From Owenia fusiformis (taxonomy: Eukaryota): a stretch of DNA of 64,000 nucleotides. Shown piece by piece: positions 47,468 to 61,294 of the stretch (the stretch's first letter is position 1; each line of letters begins with the position of its first letter). A model generated the notes under the pieces. It had not been told where the DNA came from and ran no database searches. It saw only the letters and a list, made by a program, of their open reading frames with translations. The DNA lies in assembly GCA_903813345.2 (NCBI GenBank), contig CAIIXF020000001.1, positions 34,844,001-34,908,000 of the forward strand. The letters run 5' to 3'. A program made the position numbers and the translations under genes.

Positions 47468-48192
47468 CATGCCCTTAGCCAGCTTTTTGTAAGGGGGGGG
47501 GGGGGGGGGGGGCTCGAACCCTAAAACCTAAATTCGGGCGAAAATTTTGAGAATTTATGGCCCGTTTTTTGAAAATTTGGCCTTAAATTTTCAGAAATAA
47601 AGCCCAAAAGGTCAATTAATGCCCAAAGAGGCCCACTAAATATTTCAATATTTGGGCCTAAATTTTGAAGATTTATGGCCCGTTTTTAGAAAATTTAGCT
47701 TAAAATTGGCCCGCGCCGTGCATGAAATCTTTTAGGGCCCTAAAACCAAAATTCGGGCCAAAATTAAGAAAATTTATAGCGGCCGTTTTTTGAAAATTTG
47801 GCCTAAAATTGAAAAAAGTAAGGCCCAACAAGGTCATGTAATGTCCAAAAAGGCCCACTAGTAAAGAGGTCCTACAATATTTTTGGGCCAACACTTTTTC
47901 CGGACCCATCCTAGGGGGAGGGGGCGGCCCCATGCCCAATGGAAAGGGGCACAAATATGTCCGCGAAAAAAATTGGGCCAAATTTTGAAAAAAAAATAAT
48001 GCCTAAATTCGAAAAATAATGCACTGCCAGTTTTTTAATCTTAATTGCCCAGTGAATGTGGGGAAGAGCAAGTTTTTCTTCAAGGAAGCAAAAAAGTAGG
48101 TCCACATTTTTGAGAGATATCGGGGGGGGGGACGAGCCCCCAACTCTGTTGGATACATACTACCCCCCCTCTCCCCCCTGGCTACTGGCCTG
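47468..48192. mobile_element. GC-rich CA(T/G)G...CCTG element with 5-bp TSD CTATT and internal repeats
   Basis: Ends CATGCCCTTAGCCAG / CTGGCTACTGGCCTG; TSD at 47463-47467 and 48193-48197. Confidence 0.75.
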
Positions 48193-48369
48193 CTATTGTT
48201 GCTTGTTGCCTATGCTTTTTATGGCTTTAATTAGCCAAGAATATTTGCGCGTTTACAAACTCAGAATATTAAAATTATTTATCTATCTATTGTCATTCTC
48301 ATGCTGAAATTGGAATCATAGAGAATGCTGGAGAAGATGAACGGAATTCTTTGTACAAATGACATCATT

Positions 48370-48412
48370 TGACGTCGGTACTATGCGCATGCGCATTGTA
48401 ACAGAGGGAAGT
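48370..48412 (+). promoter_or_regulatory. Promoter motif cluster: CRE-like TGACGTC, NRF1-type palindrome TGCGCATGCGCA, ETS-like GGAAGT
   Basis: Motifs at 48370, 48384-48395 and 48407-48412, within 60 nt of the ATG at 48428. Confidence 0.5.
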
Positions 48413-48427
48413 GGAAATGGAATCATC

Positions 48428-48488
48428 ATGGAAGCAGAGATGAACAGATTCGGGAGACGAAAACAGAAGAATCCACAGAAAACCGATG
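48428..48488 (+). CDS. Probable first coding exon of a plus-strand gene, MEAEMNRFGRRKQKNPQKTD(G); the RRKQxxP motif suggests a NuRD-recruiting zinc-finger factor
   Basis: ATG in good context (atcATGG), phase-1 donor G|GTGAGA at 48489, promoter motifs immediately upstream. No downstream exon identified. Confidence 0.55.
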
Positions 48489-50308
48489 GTGAGATGCATT
48501 GTATTATTGAAGACATAACGTATTTTTCACTGTTCAGTTAACTTTTTCAATGTTTTGACTCAGCACTTTCATTTTTCAGCTGTCAAAGCTGAAATAGAAA
48601 TCGCAGCACACCTGTCCCCTCACCTGAACTGAAAGTGAAAATAAGCCAATATTTTTGGAAAGTAATGGCGTGATCTGGATAATCAAAACCAAAAATCCTG
48701 TAGATCGAATGTAAAGTTATGCAGATATGGCTTTTTATCAATAATACGAATACATTTCATTCATTCTGCTGTCTTTAGACTAGGTCCCTACCTTATCCCG
48801 TGCCAGGACTATAAGACTTAGTCCTGGCACGGGATAAAGCCTACCCTGGTAAATGTAGGGTTGATAAATCACCCCTACTATCCAAGAACTATTGAAATAT
48901 TGGGGCTGAAAATAAGCTGGATTAGTGGTTATTTAGATAAATTTCAGCATTGTGTGACAACGTTTTACAACCACAAGATTTCAATACACAATTAGTTGGT
49001 GTTGACTTACCCCCACATTTATGGGGAGACTATTATAAGATCTAGCCTATATGTTTTGTGTTCATTTATATGCCTAAAATGTTCATGTTTATGACTCCTC
49101 ATATTTTTGCATTTGTACCCCTTATGAAAATAAACGAGGTTATCAGACCATCTAAGCATAAGGTAAAAGGAGAGCAGAATATAAGGGATATAAGAGATAA
49201 GGACTCCATAAATGACACTTTCTAACAAGCACCCTAGTAAATATCTTAAAGTCAAAAATAAATGTGCAAAAAGGTGAGGCGCATGGGAGAACATCCCACT
49301 ATTTATGGATGTATTACATAACATCAATAACTAATAAGGCAAAATTACCATCTCTCTGAAACAACAAAAATGATAAGTTTGATGAAAGACTTGTTTTAAT
49401 TCCAGAACATATATTTTTAGTGATTTGGGGTATAACAAGGACATTATGTCAGAATTATGTTCCTATAGAAGTTTATCTTTTGTTACATCATCATCTATTT
49501 AAAGCCACTATGTTATTAAATCTCAATGATTTATGTCATTTTTCAGTGTAGTTTTTTAGTATTTGTATTGATTATAAATTCTAAGATTGAGAAAATTAAT
49601 GTTGAGAAATTATTTTTCTATTTCTGTAAGATTCGGTTTTACATAAAAAAATTATAATAGAATAGGTTCCTAAAAACCTAATATTTCAGCTGAATCTATA
49701 GTGCTTATTTAATTTCATGAGAGGGAGAGAGGAAAATGTTGACAAACTTTTAGGCGGGCTTTTAGGAAAGTTAAAAGAAATTTCAGCCATAGGTGCAAAA
49801 AGAAGTTGGCTTTATAAATTGTTCTAATTGTTTCAGGTGCTCTGGTTAGTAGTTAATATTTACCTTATCTCAAATGACTCAAACTAAGGTCATCATTTTC
49901 TATTTGGAATTCCTGAAAGGTCCTGAGAAAATAAGAAAAGTTTACAAAAGTAGCTCATTAGCTTATCTGTGTAACTGGGGGTTGTATTATAAATGATACA
50001 CAGGTGTAAACAAAGGCAGAAATGTGAGTAGTTGATGAATGATTTGTACCAGGACTGTTTATGACACAGGAGACAAGGTTCCACCTTTCTAAATAAGAGG
50101 CTTGCTATTGACATAATGATAATGCCAAATGGTACATGTACTTATTGTACTGTGAGTTACCTCTCAGAAAATGCTTTGAATCTTGCAATAGGGTATTGAT
50201 TACTGGTAAAAAGGATTGTTGACTGTTTTGTGTTCTTTAAGCATGCATAAATTCTAGGTTACCTGCCCATTCTCTCTCAAATGTGGCTGAGGAGGGTAGT
50301 TAGGTAGA

Positions 50309-50586
50309 GGTACAGCTGGAAAATAACATTAAATAAAAGTATCATTACATTACAGGAAATTCTGATATTTCACACTTTCTATTTTCCAAATTTTCTTTCA
50401 AAGTTTCCAGACAACACAGGAGCTAACATTGACCTGTTTCCAGGTTTAATAAAAGTAGACAATGTAATGATACTTTCTTGAAAAAGCAAGGAAATATACA
50501 CATGCCTTCATACTTAATTTTGTACCAGAAAATAACATATGCAGGTATAGCAATTTTTTACCAAAATGTTACTTTCCAGCTGAACC
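50309..50586. mobile_element. Internally deleted copy of the 8312-8713 MITE
   Basis: Shares CAGGAAATTCTGATATTTCACACTTTCT...GTTACTTTCCAGCTGAACC-TTAA with the 8312 element. Confidence 0.8.
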
Positions 50587-51899
50587 TTAATGCACCAGAT
50601 TTTGTTTTTGCATATTACATTAGTGGAATGAAGGCATGTTCAAAGACAATGCCCATGCTTTATTCTAATTTTTTTTGAAATATTACCAAAAAAGGGAAGT
50701 ATGGCATACTGCTAATTTTAAAGTTCACATGTAATAACACAGAGTTGCATACCCTTCTATTGAATGCCCATGGTAATATACAAAAGTAATGTTATCATGG
50801 TAATGAAATATGTAATATTTCAAAGAATTATAGATATCATGATATATTGTATATCAAATTACCAAATTAATTTTTACTTTCCCTAATATTGTATGCAAGG
50901 TAGTGACATTTTGTATGTTTGTATCCTTGTTCTACTTCATGCTAAATCTATAATAGCTTGTATTGTCTGGCTTATCAGAAACAAAAACACTACAACCTTG
51001 GGTAAGGTATCATGTATCAGACTGACTTTATCTCACATGTGGAAATATCCAGCCTCATGATACTCTATGTAGTTGTCATGATGCCATTGTTTCATTGTAC
51101 TTTGACTATGACTGTACTTGTATATTATAATTCCATGATGTAAACATTGAACAGTTTTCAGAATTTCTTTTTGACACTTCTAAATATGTCATAATCAAAA
51201 TTTGTGAGAACATAATATTTTCTGTATAATGTACATATATATTCTCATGGTGTTTGTATTTTTTGTTTCTTAGCTCATGATGAGTCATTTTTCATTTTGA
51301 TGTGATTCAGTTGGTTTGTTATTTCATCTCAATATCCGACACTCCTGAGTTAAATATCAAAATCAATCATAACTTTCCATATTATCTGAACATAATTTCT
51401 ATTGGTATATAAATGCCCTGGTAATTTAGAAATAATGACTTTCACATTTGTTTAATACAGGACAACCAAATTTCATATTATATCATTACCTACTGGATGA
51501 TTATGATAAAATTTGACTTTGAGGGAGTTGTGAATCAATGACAGAGAATGGTTCTAATATAATTCCCCCTAATGTACCTATAATAACAGTCAACCTCTTT
51601 CTCAATTCAATTCTCATTCAAGACCAGGAACCACCGGTAATCGCCAATATATTCCAATTTATTTAAACGCCAAACGAGACAAAATAATAATTACGAACAG
51701 ACAGATACTCATCTTTCAAATTTCAGAGATGTCACTTTGAGTTTTCAGTGGAGTGCTTCCTGATAAAAGAGTGACAATTTTCTATTGGAGTTTAGCTCTT
51801 TTCGTTGACTAACATTCGTGGTGGATAAATTAGCTCGCCATTCAGCTAGTTATTCAATTTAGGCTGCATTGATAATGTTTTTCCTGTCATTATTCTTTA

Positions 51900-54400
51900 A
51901 AACAAGGTAGACTGAGCGTAGGAATAACTGGTCGATACCTTAATAAACGCTAAGTCCTAGCCACCATTTTGGAAAACCATTCAAAACTCATTAGCAGCAG
52001 CCATTTCTAACCTGATTGGTTTTTATATTAGAATATTGACAGATGGTAACTTATTAATGTCAAGCAGCTAAAAGATGCTGCCATCACTGTCTTATGAGGA
52101 TTGGATTATAACATTGAGATTTGACGTAATGTTGGTCGATTGAAATATATCCCTCCACCTGCGTCTATGTCACCACTGGGACTGTTCTACCTTTTACAAC
52201 CCTATCTGATATTCATGCCAGATTCGGTGGATTGAGATGTTTTTTATATTGCTGATGAGTTTATTCCCGGAAGACTCCGTTAATTTAAAAGCTAAATTAC
52301 AGCACTACTTTCCTTGCCTGCAGGTATATGAGAGTATAGTCACAAAATAGATTTGTGATTTGTTCCGCCATACTGACGTCAAGGCAGAAAGGTAAATGGT
52401 GTCTCCAAAGGATTTTCAGATCTTGTTAGTTGGTAGGCGCATTAATGACTTCTCAGTCCCTTAAGACATTAACAAAAACTCATCTACCAAACTAATGGTT
52501 TTAGAATCTTTGAACTGTAATCACAAATAATGATCTGATGTTTAGAATTGATTGCCTTTGTTTTAATGCCCAACCTTTTCAGCTTTTATTTAGTAATTAT
52601 CAAAATATAACTTTAATAGCCAGAAACCAAGTCATTGGAAACACTGGAAAAGGATCAGAGTAACAGTTTACTTATTGCATATTTTCTCTAGAAATTAAGA
52701 CCAAGCAGACCATAGCCTGAAGGTGAAGATGTCTAAGGATAATTCACCATCATCGACAAACTATTGTATGGCACACGGTCATTGATTGTTTAGCGGTGAC
52801 TTAATATCTTCAAATTAGATTAAAACTGACGACATTTGCTATGAGCGGGTGAAATAAAGACATTAACGTCTACACGAATACATTGACGTGAAAATCGCTG
52901 ATCCACTGAATGGCATAATTTGATTATCCCATATCCAATTTTCTATAGAAGCAACAAATTTTCTAATAAGTGACAGGGCAGAATTTGTGGCTATTGATCA
53001 TCGATTTCTACCTTTCATTGCTCTATGACGTACAAAATTCTTTCTGGTAGAACAGACTCCAAATAAGGTATGAAACCACTCTCCGTATAATATGCAATCC
53101 CTCCATTAGTTTAATCTTAACCAAAGGTACTATATTGAGATAGAAATTTTCTTCGTCTTGAATTGCTGTTTCTCATCTTCAAAGCTTGTCTTATCTCAGG
53201 GATAATTTTTCTTCATGTCTTTATACCAATATGAGTTAAAGTGTAATTAGCACAAAACTTGAGAATCTGTTTTTGAAATGTTTATTAGAAAGAGGGAATC
53301 AATCAGAGGTACAAAGGAAGAGGTAAAACATCAAGTGCTGATTATCAGTACTGTGGTGTATTGAATAAAAGCAAGGTATTCCATGCTTATGACATCATTC
53401 ATGTTAAGTAGGCTCGTTTATGGCAACAGCAGCACAAGTGGCTCTTGAGGGAATGATGGGAGGCGTAGATCACAATACGTCCTGTATCTGCATATGGCAG
53501 TTGCCTCGAGGCACATCGTACAATATTCTCACCTTTACTAATCACAAATTGTGCCATTCTAATTGCTGTTGTTCTACAGTGTTTTGGGTTCACTTTTGTT
53601 ACGATAACATTTTTTGACATTTATTTTTTGTTGTAGTAGGATGAGTAATTGTCTCTGTTGTATCATATTTCTCTACTGTTTTATCTAATAAGTAGATATG
53701 CTCCCATAGTTCTGGCTTGTGGCTTCATTCATTGTGAAGATGATACCATTCAATAAACACCCTTTAAGAATCTATATAACAATTTCTTCATTAGTGTAGC
53801 AAAATTTAGGCTTATTATATAGTACTTTGCATATATTACATCTAAAAATTGATACAAAATGTAACAATTATTTCATATCACAATAAAAGAAAGAGAATAT
53901 TTAAATGAAGGGTAGAGGAGTTTATTTATAACTTTTTTTCCCTGTTCTACCTGGGCAGATGTGTATGGATCATTTGCATAATTAAATCTATCATCTTCAC
54001 TAAACTTGTAAATTCAATTAAAAACAAAGTCCCAGAGCAATTGACTCCTCTATTTCTATTCACACATGCTGTTTCGTTCTGTTATTTCTCACAATCTATG
54101 CTTTAAAACATTATCCTTTGCATGCCTATCCCATTCTCATACCCTCTTTGTACCTTGAACAAATATTGTTTGAGACATTTCTTTATTGTTCTGATAATGG
54201 CCTTCATATCTGTTCACACTGTTCCATGCTTTTTCAATTTTTCACTTTATTTTATATATATTTTTTAATCAAAAGCAGATGCACTTGCAGGGGCTATTTA
54301 GAACATGTTGTTTTATCCTATCAGGTTTCACAGCATGTAAATTTTGTCATGCAAAGTTATTTGTCAGCACATAATTGATTATTGCAGCATTGAGTTGGTG
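51900..54400. pseudogene. Possible highly decayed LINE fragments
   Basis: Only scattered short motif-like remnants (endonuclease-like INAKS, GD.N and DH on plus; possible RT C-terminal remnants on minus). No continuous frame. Confidence 0.25.
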
Positions 54401-55677
54401 TTAATTAGTTAATTAATTTTAATATTTTTAATTCTGTCTTAATTTCTTTTTAAAATTGCCAAATGAGCAGTCAGGTTGGACGCTACATTTGTAATTTCCA
54501 AATCATTTATATTTCTACAGACACAGTCTAGAAACTGTATACGATTATTTCACTTTTTAAATGGTTGGCGTTATCTCTTGGGTTTTTCTGGCTTTATCTT
54601 CTGATTTGATTTGGGAAATGACAAAAGAAAATTAAAACACATTTATTTGCTGCTTAATTTGATGATAAGAAAGAATCAGATTTCATCTCATCTTCTCCAT
54701 TTTCTGCTTTATTATATTTGCATATTTTCTCCATAATTTCAATCAAGAAATTGAAAAATCATTTAATCATTGCATAGACCTTCCTTGAGCATATATATCT
54801 TAGAAAATGAAGGAATTACTTTGGGATTCATCTGGTATTATGTTCCAGTTGACTCCAGAGGCAGGTACCATACTAATAGAATTTAAAAGGTATAAGTTGG
54901 AACGTAATTGAAATGGAAAGTAGAAAAAGGAATGGATAATAGGAGCCAATATTTGCCTATCAGTCGCAATGTTTGGCTAGCATGGGCTGACTGAGCCTTC
55001 CTTATTTGCAATTATGAGAGTAAATTTACCAGAGAATCAAACGGACATGTTAGCATGTTTTCAAATACCGTCTTCATTTGATTCATGTTTGCATTAAGCT
55101 TTGCCTATTATCTTTTTGTATTTTAATGATGTGCTTAAATATTGAATGGTTTTGTTCTTTGAACATCAGGTAAACAAAGCTATCAATGCCTTGACAGCCG
55201 AGATGTGTCTATAAAAATGTAACGTGAATGTTTTAATCTTTGGGGGGCACATCTGCCGTAGCATGAGATATCATAATTATGTTCTGCATTAATAATTGTT
55301 TTTACCAATTGTAACATTTTGATAAGCAAACCATAGGGAATAATTTCTAAGCTTAATATATCACCCGGCTACCTTTTGCGTGTATTAGAATTTTTATGTC
55401 CCCATGTTGACGATAATAAGGAATATTAGACTAGAATTGGTCGGTATTTCTAGTATTTTTAAACAGTGTGTGACTGGATGAGAGCAAAAGAGTAAAAATA
55501 TTGATAGTCAAGCAGAGTCATCTTCGGGTATTAAGTGTAATTGTCAATTCGCTACAAACTTGCATATTTGTTGTCCTATACTATCTCTGTGTAGTATATT
55601 GACAAGACTGTACAGTGTACAACCACTGTGCCACACATCACAGATTTTTTTCCTGTACTTCCCCAAAACAGGATCTT

Positions 55678-55849
55678 CAGGCCCATAGCCAGGCTTTATT
55701 TGGGGGGGAGCAGTTTTACCAAGGGGGAGCTTTTTGACAGTTTTTGGCACAAAATCATGCGAAAGATGAAAAACTGCATGATTTTGAAAGAATTTCTGGC
55801 CAGATGGAGAGTGGCCGCTCCCTCCCCTCCCCCCTGGCCTATGTGCATG
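55678..55849. mobile_element. GC-rich CAGG-family MITE, TSD ATCTT
   Basis: Ends CAGGCCCATAGCCAGG / CCTGGCCTATGTGCATG; shares AAAACTGCATGATTTT with 22627-22830. Confidence 0.7.
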
Positions 55850-55887
55850 ATCTTCACCATCACCATCCTTTAAGATCAGGCTTCACT

Positions 55888-56378
55888 CATAGGCGTAGCC
55901 AGGGGAGAGTGCGATGGGTGCGATTCGATAGATGGCATAAAGAACAAAAAATACGTTGTAAAAGACTAGGAGTAATTACTCAGTTTATGTGATAACCTCT
56001 ACATTTGTGCAGATTTATTGTGATCTAAAACATTTATAAATATCTATAGACAATATACAGCGGATTAGTTGAGACCATGTCCAAACTACAGGACAACCAA
56101 CTGACATCCTCCTAAGCAGGTATCCAGAATCCGTACTTCCTTCTTCCCCCTGCTATAACCGATTTGGAAGCGCCCGATTAAACTGAATCATGTGATCTAA
56201 TTATGCGCAATGACTTATACATGATTTCTGTCGCAGTGTTGCGACAGCCAATCAGATTGCGAGTTCTTAATTGGGGAAATAGTAACTGCTTATCACACAG
56301 GGTAAAAAGAAAGAATATATTCTGGATTTTGAAGCCCTGTGATCGGAGGATGCCAACTGAAAGCTGGCTACGCCCCTG
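55888..56378. mobile_element. GC-rich CAGG-family element, TSD TCACT
   Basis: Ends CATAGGCGTAGCCAG / CTGGCTACGCCCCTG; TSD at 55883-55887 and 56379-56383. Confidence 0.7.
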
Positions 56379-56713
56379 TCACTGCTATAGCAGATATGGT
56401 AAGAATCAAAATACCCTTACCAAGGATGGGGCAGTGGTACATTGGTGCGAATATATGATGATTCCTTAGCCTGACACTCAAGTATTACAAATATAAAAAC
56501 TTCTTTTACTTCTTTTTAAGCATTTCCCACAAATGTTGAGGTACGTTGACATAATAACCAAGGTATTGCTTTCTCATTCAGAATTTCCCCTTATATTTTT
56601 TTTCAAAATTATCAATAGTTAGATATTCTGCTCATCTGGCATTTTGTTATGTAAAATTACTTTCGCCTTTGGTAAAGTTTTGACTATACATGTAGGTACA
56701 GATATAGCGCTAA

Positions 56714-57916
56714 TTATCTATTCGAACAAAGTTCGAGGGGATATCGAAAAGCCGTCCGTCCATCCGTCCTTCGCCTGTTCGTCAGTCTGTTCGTGTTTCC
56801 GGGTAATAACTCAAATACCGGTTGACGGATTTCATTCAAATTTTATATGCTTATGCCTTATGGGAGTAGGACCGCCTGAGAAAGAATTTTCAATATGGCT
56901 GCTAAATTTAAAATGGCGGTCATTTTTCGGAAAAAATATAATCTTTGGTTACTCAAATACCAGTTTATGGATTTGATTCCAATCTTATATGCTGTTGCCT
57001 GGGTACAAAAGAGCCTTGCTCAAGAAGACATTTTCAAGATGGCCACCATATTTCAAAATGGCGGCTATTTTTCATAAAAAAACGTTATCTTTGATAACTG
57101 AAATACCATTGAATGAATTTGGTTCAAATTTTACATGCTGATGCCTAGAAAAAGAAACATAGGAGTTCTGCTCGAGAATGGATTTTCATGATGGCAGGTA
57201 AATTTCAAAATGGTCGCCATTTTTCATAAAAGAACATAACCTTTGATAACTCAAATACCAGTTGATGGATTTGGTTCAAATTCTATATGCTGATGCCTCG
57301 AGTCAAAGAAGTTCAGCTTAAGAAGACATTTTCAAGATGGCCACTGAATTTCAAAATAGCCGCCATTTTTCGTAAAAAAATAGTAATCATTGATAACTCA
57401 AATACCAGTGGATGGATTTGGTTCCAATTTTATATGCTGATGTTTAGGGAAAAAGGAGATCTGCTTCAGAGGCGTCATTTCAAAGGCGTCAGCTGAATTT
57501 CAAAATGGCTGCCATTTTTCATAAAAAAGGTAATCTTTGCAAATACTATTGGACGGATTTACTTCAAATTTTATATACTGATGCCTAGAGATAAAGGAGC
57601 TCTGCTTGAGAATAAATTTTCAAGGTGGCTGCTATTTATCGAAATCTCTGCCATTTTTCACTAAACATGTAATCCTTGATAACTCAAGTACCAGTTGACG
57701 GATTTGGATTAAGTTCTATATGCTGATGCCTTGGGACATAGGAGCTCTGCTATAGAAATCTAAAGATGACAGCTGAATTTCAATATTTCAAAATTTTTGA
57801 TGATAATTCAAATACCAGTGGATGGATTTGGCTCAAATTTTATATGGCTGCTATTTATCAAAATATGGTTTGTTTGGTGGGATTTGCTACTCCGTGGAGT
57901 TGCTGTTTTTCTAGTT
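56714..57916 (+). mobile_element. Non-autonomous Helentron/Helitron-like element (HINE type) with ~8 tandem ~147-bp units
   Basis: 5' hairpin TCGAACAAAGTTCGA, then (GTCC)n, an array (ATAACTCAAATACC-like starts at ~56805, 56949, 57093, 57245, 57392, 57678, 57822), and a 3' hairpin ACTCCGTGGAGT...CTAGTT. Confidence 0.72.
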
Positions 57917-58541
57917 AAAATGGATTTCAATTTTGATTGGTGATTGCATAATCTGTATGGTTAGTCTCTTAAAATTCTCAAAGTTTCAAGACAGGAGGCA
58001 GCCACATGTTCTGATGAAAGATAGCAGGAATCTAATAAACTAAGGGATTATAAAGAATTCATTCTTTATCTAAAGATTTATCTTTAGAAAGTTCATTAAT
58101 TTCTTTTATAGACTTCAAGTTAATTTCTGGTAGGAAGTAATGTATAGAAAATATGAAGATGATATTTTCAGCTTTATGATTAGTTTGATTGTGGATTTGG
58201 ATATGTGTACATTATCTAAAAGTTATGTTCAGTAAAACCTGTTTCTAGTGAACACCTCTTCTCAGCTCATATTCCACTGACTTCTGTATAAAATCGCCAC
58301 TGTAGTGAACAAATATTGTGCCTCTATTGGTGTTCACTGTGCACAAGTTTTTGCTGTACATTGTATATGAACATCTCTCTAGAAAACATCTTTCGAAGAT
58401 GAAATTAATTTTTTAATCTTTTGAGAACATAAGGTGCAGAAATGAATCATATGAGGCAAAAGATTTTGAAATTGAAATAAGTTTCTCTTCATTTCTAATT
58501 CAAAATCAAACTGTCATAAATAATAGACTCAAGATGGTTGG

Positions 58542-59846
58542 TTATTATCCCATCGAACGAAGTTCGGGGGGATATAGGGAACGCCTCCATCCGTCCGTCT
58601 GTCCGTCCGTCCATACGTCCGTCCGTCAATCTGTCCGTCTGTCCGTCCGGGCAATAACTCAAATACCATTGGGCCGATTTTGTTCATATTTTGTGCACAT
58701 ATACCCAATGGGGGTAAAAGTTCTGGCTCAATTAAAAATGGTGGCCATTTTAGTGCCGATTTTACAGTAATTTAGGTACTGCATATAAAACTGTAATAGC
58801 AATATGTTTTAAATGTAAAAAAGTTATATAGGACATTGATTAAGCGAGAAATGTAAATACAGAAGAAAGATATGGCAGCCATCTTGAAAAATGGCTGCCT
58901 TTGCACGTCTTTTTACGATTTTTGCTGTAACTTGAAAAGTAGTGGAGCGATTATTTCATATTTGGTATGTGAATACTTTAAGCATGGCACAATGTCTGAT
59001 GATATTTTTGGTAGTAGGCGGCCATATTGAAAAATGGCCGCCATTTTTACGTGTGTTATTTTACATTTTTTACTATAACTCAAAAAGTAGTAGAGCGATT
59101 TTGTTCATATTTTATATGTGAATACTATAAGCATGGCACGCTGTCTAATGACACTTTGGGTAGTAAGCGGACATTTTTCAAAATGGCCGCCATTTTTACG
59201 TGTTTTATTTAACATTTTTTACTATAACTCAAAAAGTAGTAGAGCGATTTTGTTCATATTTTATATGTGAATACTATAAGCATGGCACACTGTCTAATGA
59301 CACTTTGGGTAGTAGGCGGACATTTTGAAAAATGGCCACCATTTTTACGTTTTTTACTATAACTTGAAAAGTAGTGGAGTAATTTTGTTCATATTTGATA
59401 TATGAGCCTTGCACACTGTCTCATGACACTTCGCGTAGTAGGTGGCCATTTTAAAAAATGGCTGTCATTTTTACATTTTTTACTATAACTCAAAAATACA
59501 TTTTTTATTATAATTCAAAAAGTAATAGAGCGATTTTGTTCATATTTGATATGTGAATACTCTTAAGGATTGCAAACTGTCTTATGACATTTTGGGTAGT
59601 AGTTTTAAAAAATGGCCAGCATTTACATGTAGGCGTGGGCGATTTTAAATTTTTTTTATATGTGGCTACTTAAAAGCATATTATACTTCTTCTGATGACA
59701 ACTTGGCTAGTGAGCAGCCATTTTGAAAATGGTGGCCTTTCTTATGGGTGTTATTTTATGATATTTGCTATATATTTTTTTGTAAAATGCCAGCCATTTC
59801 TGTTCGATGCGATTCGCTACTCTTTGGCATTGCCGTTGTTCTGGTT
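58542..59846 (+). mobile_element. Second HINE-type element with a different ~149-bp tandem array
   Basis: TTATTATCCCATCGAACGAAGTTCGGGGGGATATAG, then (GTCC/GTCT)n, an array (ACTATAACTCAAAAAGTAGTAGAGCG at 59072 and 59221), and a related 3' end GATTCGCTACTC...CTGGTT. Confidence 0.72.
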
Positions 59847-61294
59847 AAATCAGACAATTAATTGTTTCTATTTTTGTCCTTACTAGAAGTGGTGACAAAT
59901 TGTTATGATCTCCAACTTTTTTTGTGATGGGGTTCAGCAGTTGGTGTTTGGAGTTTAAAGTGGTGATATTTGTCATTTTAATGCCTTGTTTATATTGTTT
60001 CATTTTCATTTCTGATACAGTCATCATTTGCTTTATACTGTCTTTGTCATATCATTTCATACTTCATACTTATTAGTAAACATTAGAGTTTATTGTTCAT
60101 CTTCTTGAAATTTGTGTAAATTGTAAATTTTGTCCCAAAACTAAAAAAAATTCATATTTCTTTCCAGTTTTTGGTCAAAATACATGTACTTGTAAACCAA
60201 CTGAAACTGAATAAACTAAATTGACAGATTTTAAACAATGGGTGGTGAGTAAATATAATACTTCCTTAGTTTTAATCAAGGGATCTATGGATCCAGATCA
60301 AGAAGATCACAGCACTTGGATCTCTAATCTACATTATGATGAAACTTACTTTGATCTTGATTTGTATATTCAGGTGATTTAAATAATTTTCTTTAATTTT
60401 CCAGGAAGTATTTATCCCTCCATAATTTACTCTGTTACTACTGTATTTAGAAATTCTAGAAGTTGTAATTTTGACTAATGAGATAATCTTTAAGTCTTTA
60501 ACCTGTTACCTTAGACATATAATCCCTTGTTAATCTGCTAATCCAAGCATCCTTTGTTTGTGCTGGGAAATAACATGTCTGGGGATAAACAGAAAGATGA
60601 AACATTACTCTAATACTCCAAATATTATCTTAAAGATTGAAGAAATTGAGAGTTTATGCTAAACAGTTATTATTATAATTTTCAAATCAGATCAGCATCA
60701 TACATCATAATTATTAACATGTTTCTTATTTATCACACCTTTTGGGATACTTTTATGAAATTAAATAGATAAATTTGTAACAATAAACATATTCTGAATT
60801 TTGATCATTTATGATAGATATCATTAATTAATCACAGATTTATGGACTATGAAAGTTATGATAGCATTGAACCAGTTCACATTCATAAACACCAAATCCT
60901 GTGTTATAATTCATGTGTTCAGAGCAAGTGTCGGTCTATCGGTTGAGGATTAAAGATTTGATACCTTTGAGGTATGGCTCATTTGCATATTTAATGAAAG
61001 GCCTTCCTGGATTGTGGTTGATGGTTAAATGCCATGTAGCACTTCTTTCTAAGCTGTCATCAGCTCTACAACTCACCAGCCCTATGATTTCTGCTCATCA
61101 ATACATGTTCAGATAAGATTGTCTCTTTATTATTATTCATATAGAATTGCCCACTTGTTTGTTTAATTACCTGTCCTTTTAATACAATCATATTTTGAAT
61201 ATAAAATGGTGAGTTATGACAAAGTGTTCAAATTGCATTTGGGGTTTAAACCGCATTTTGGGTTGAAACTACATTTTTTTCTCATTTTTTTTCA

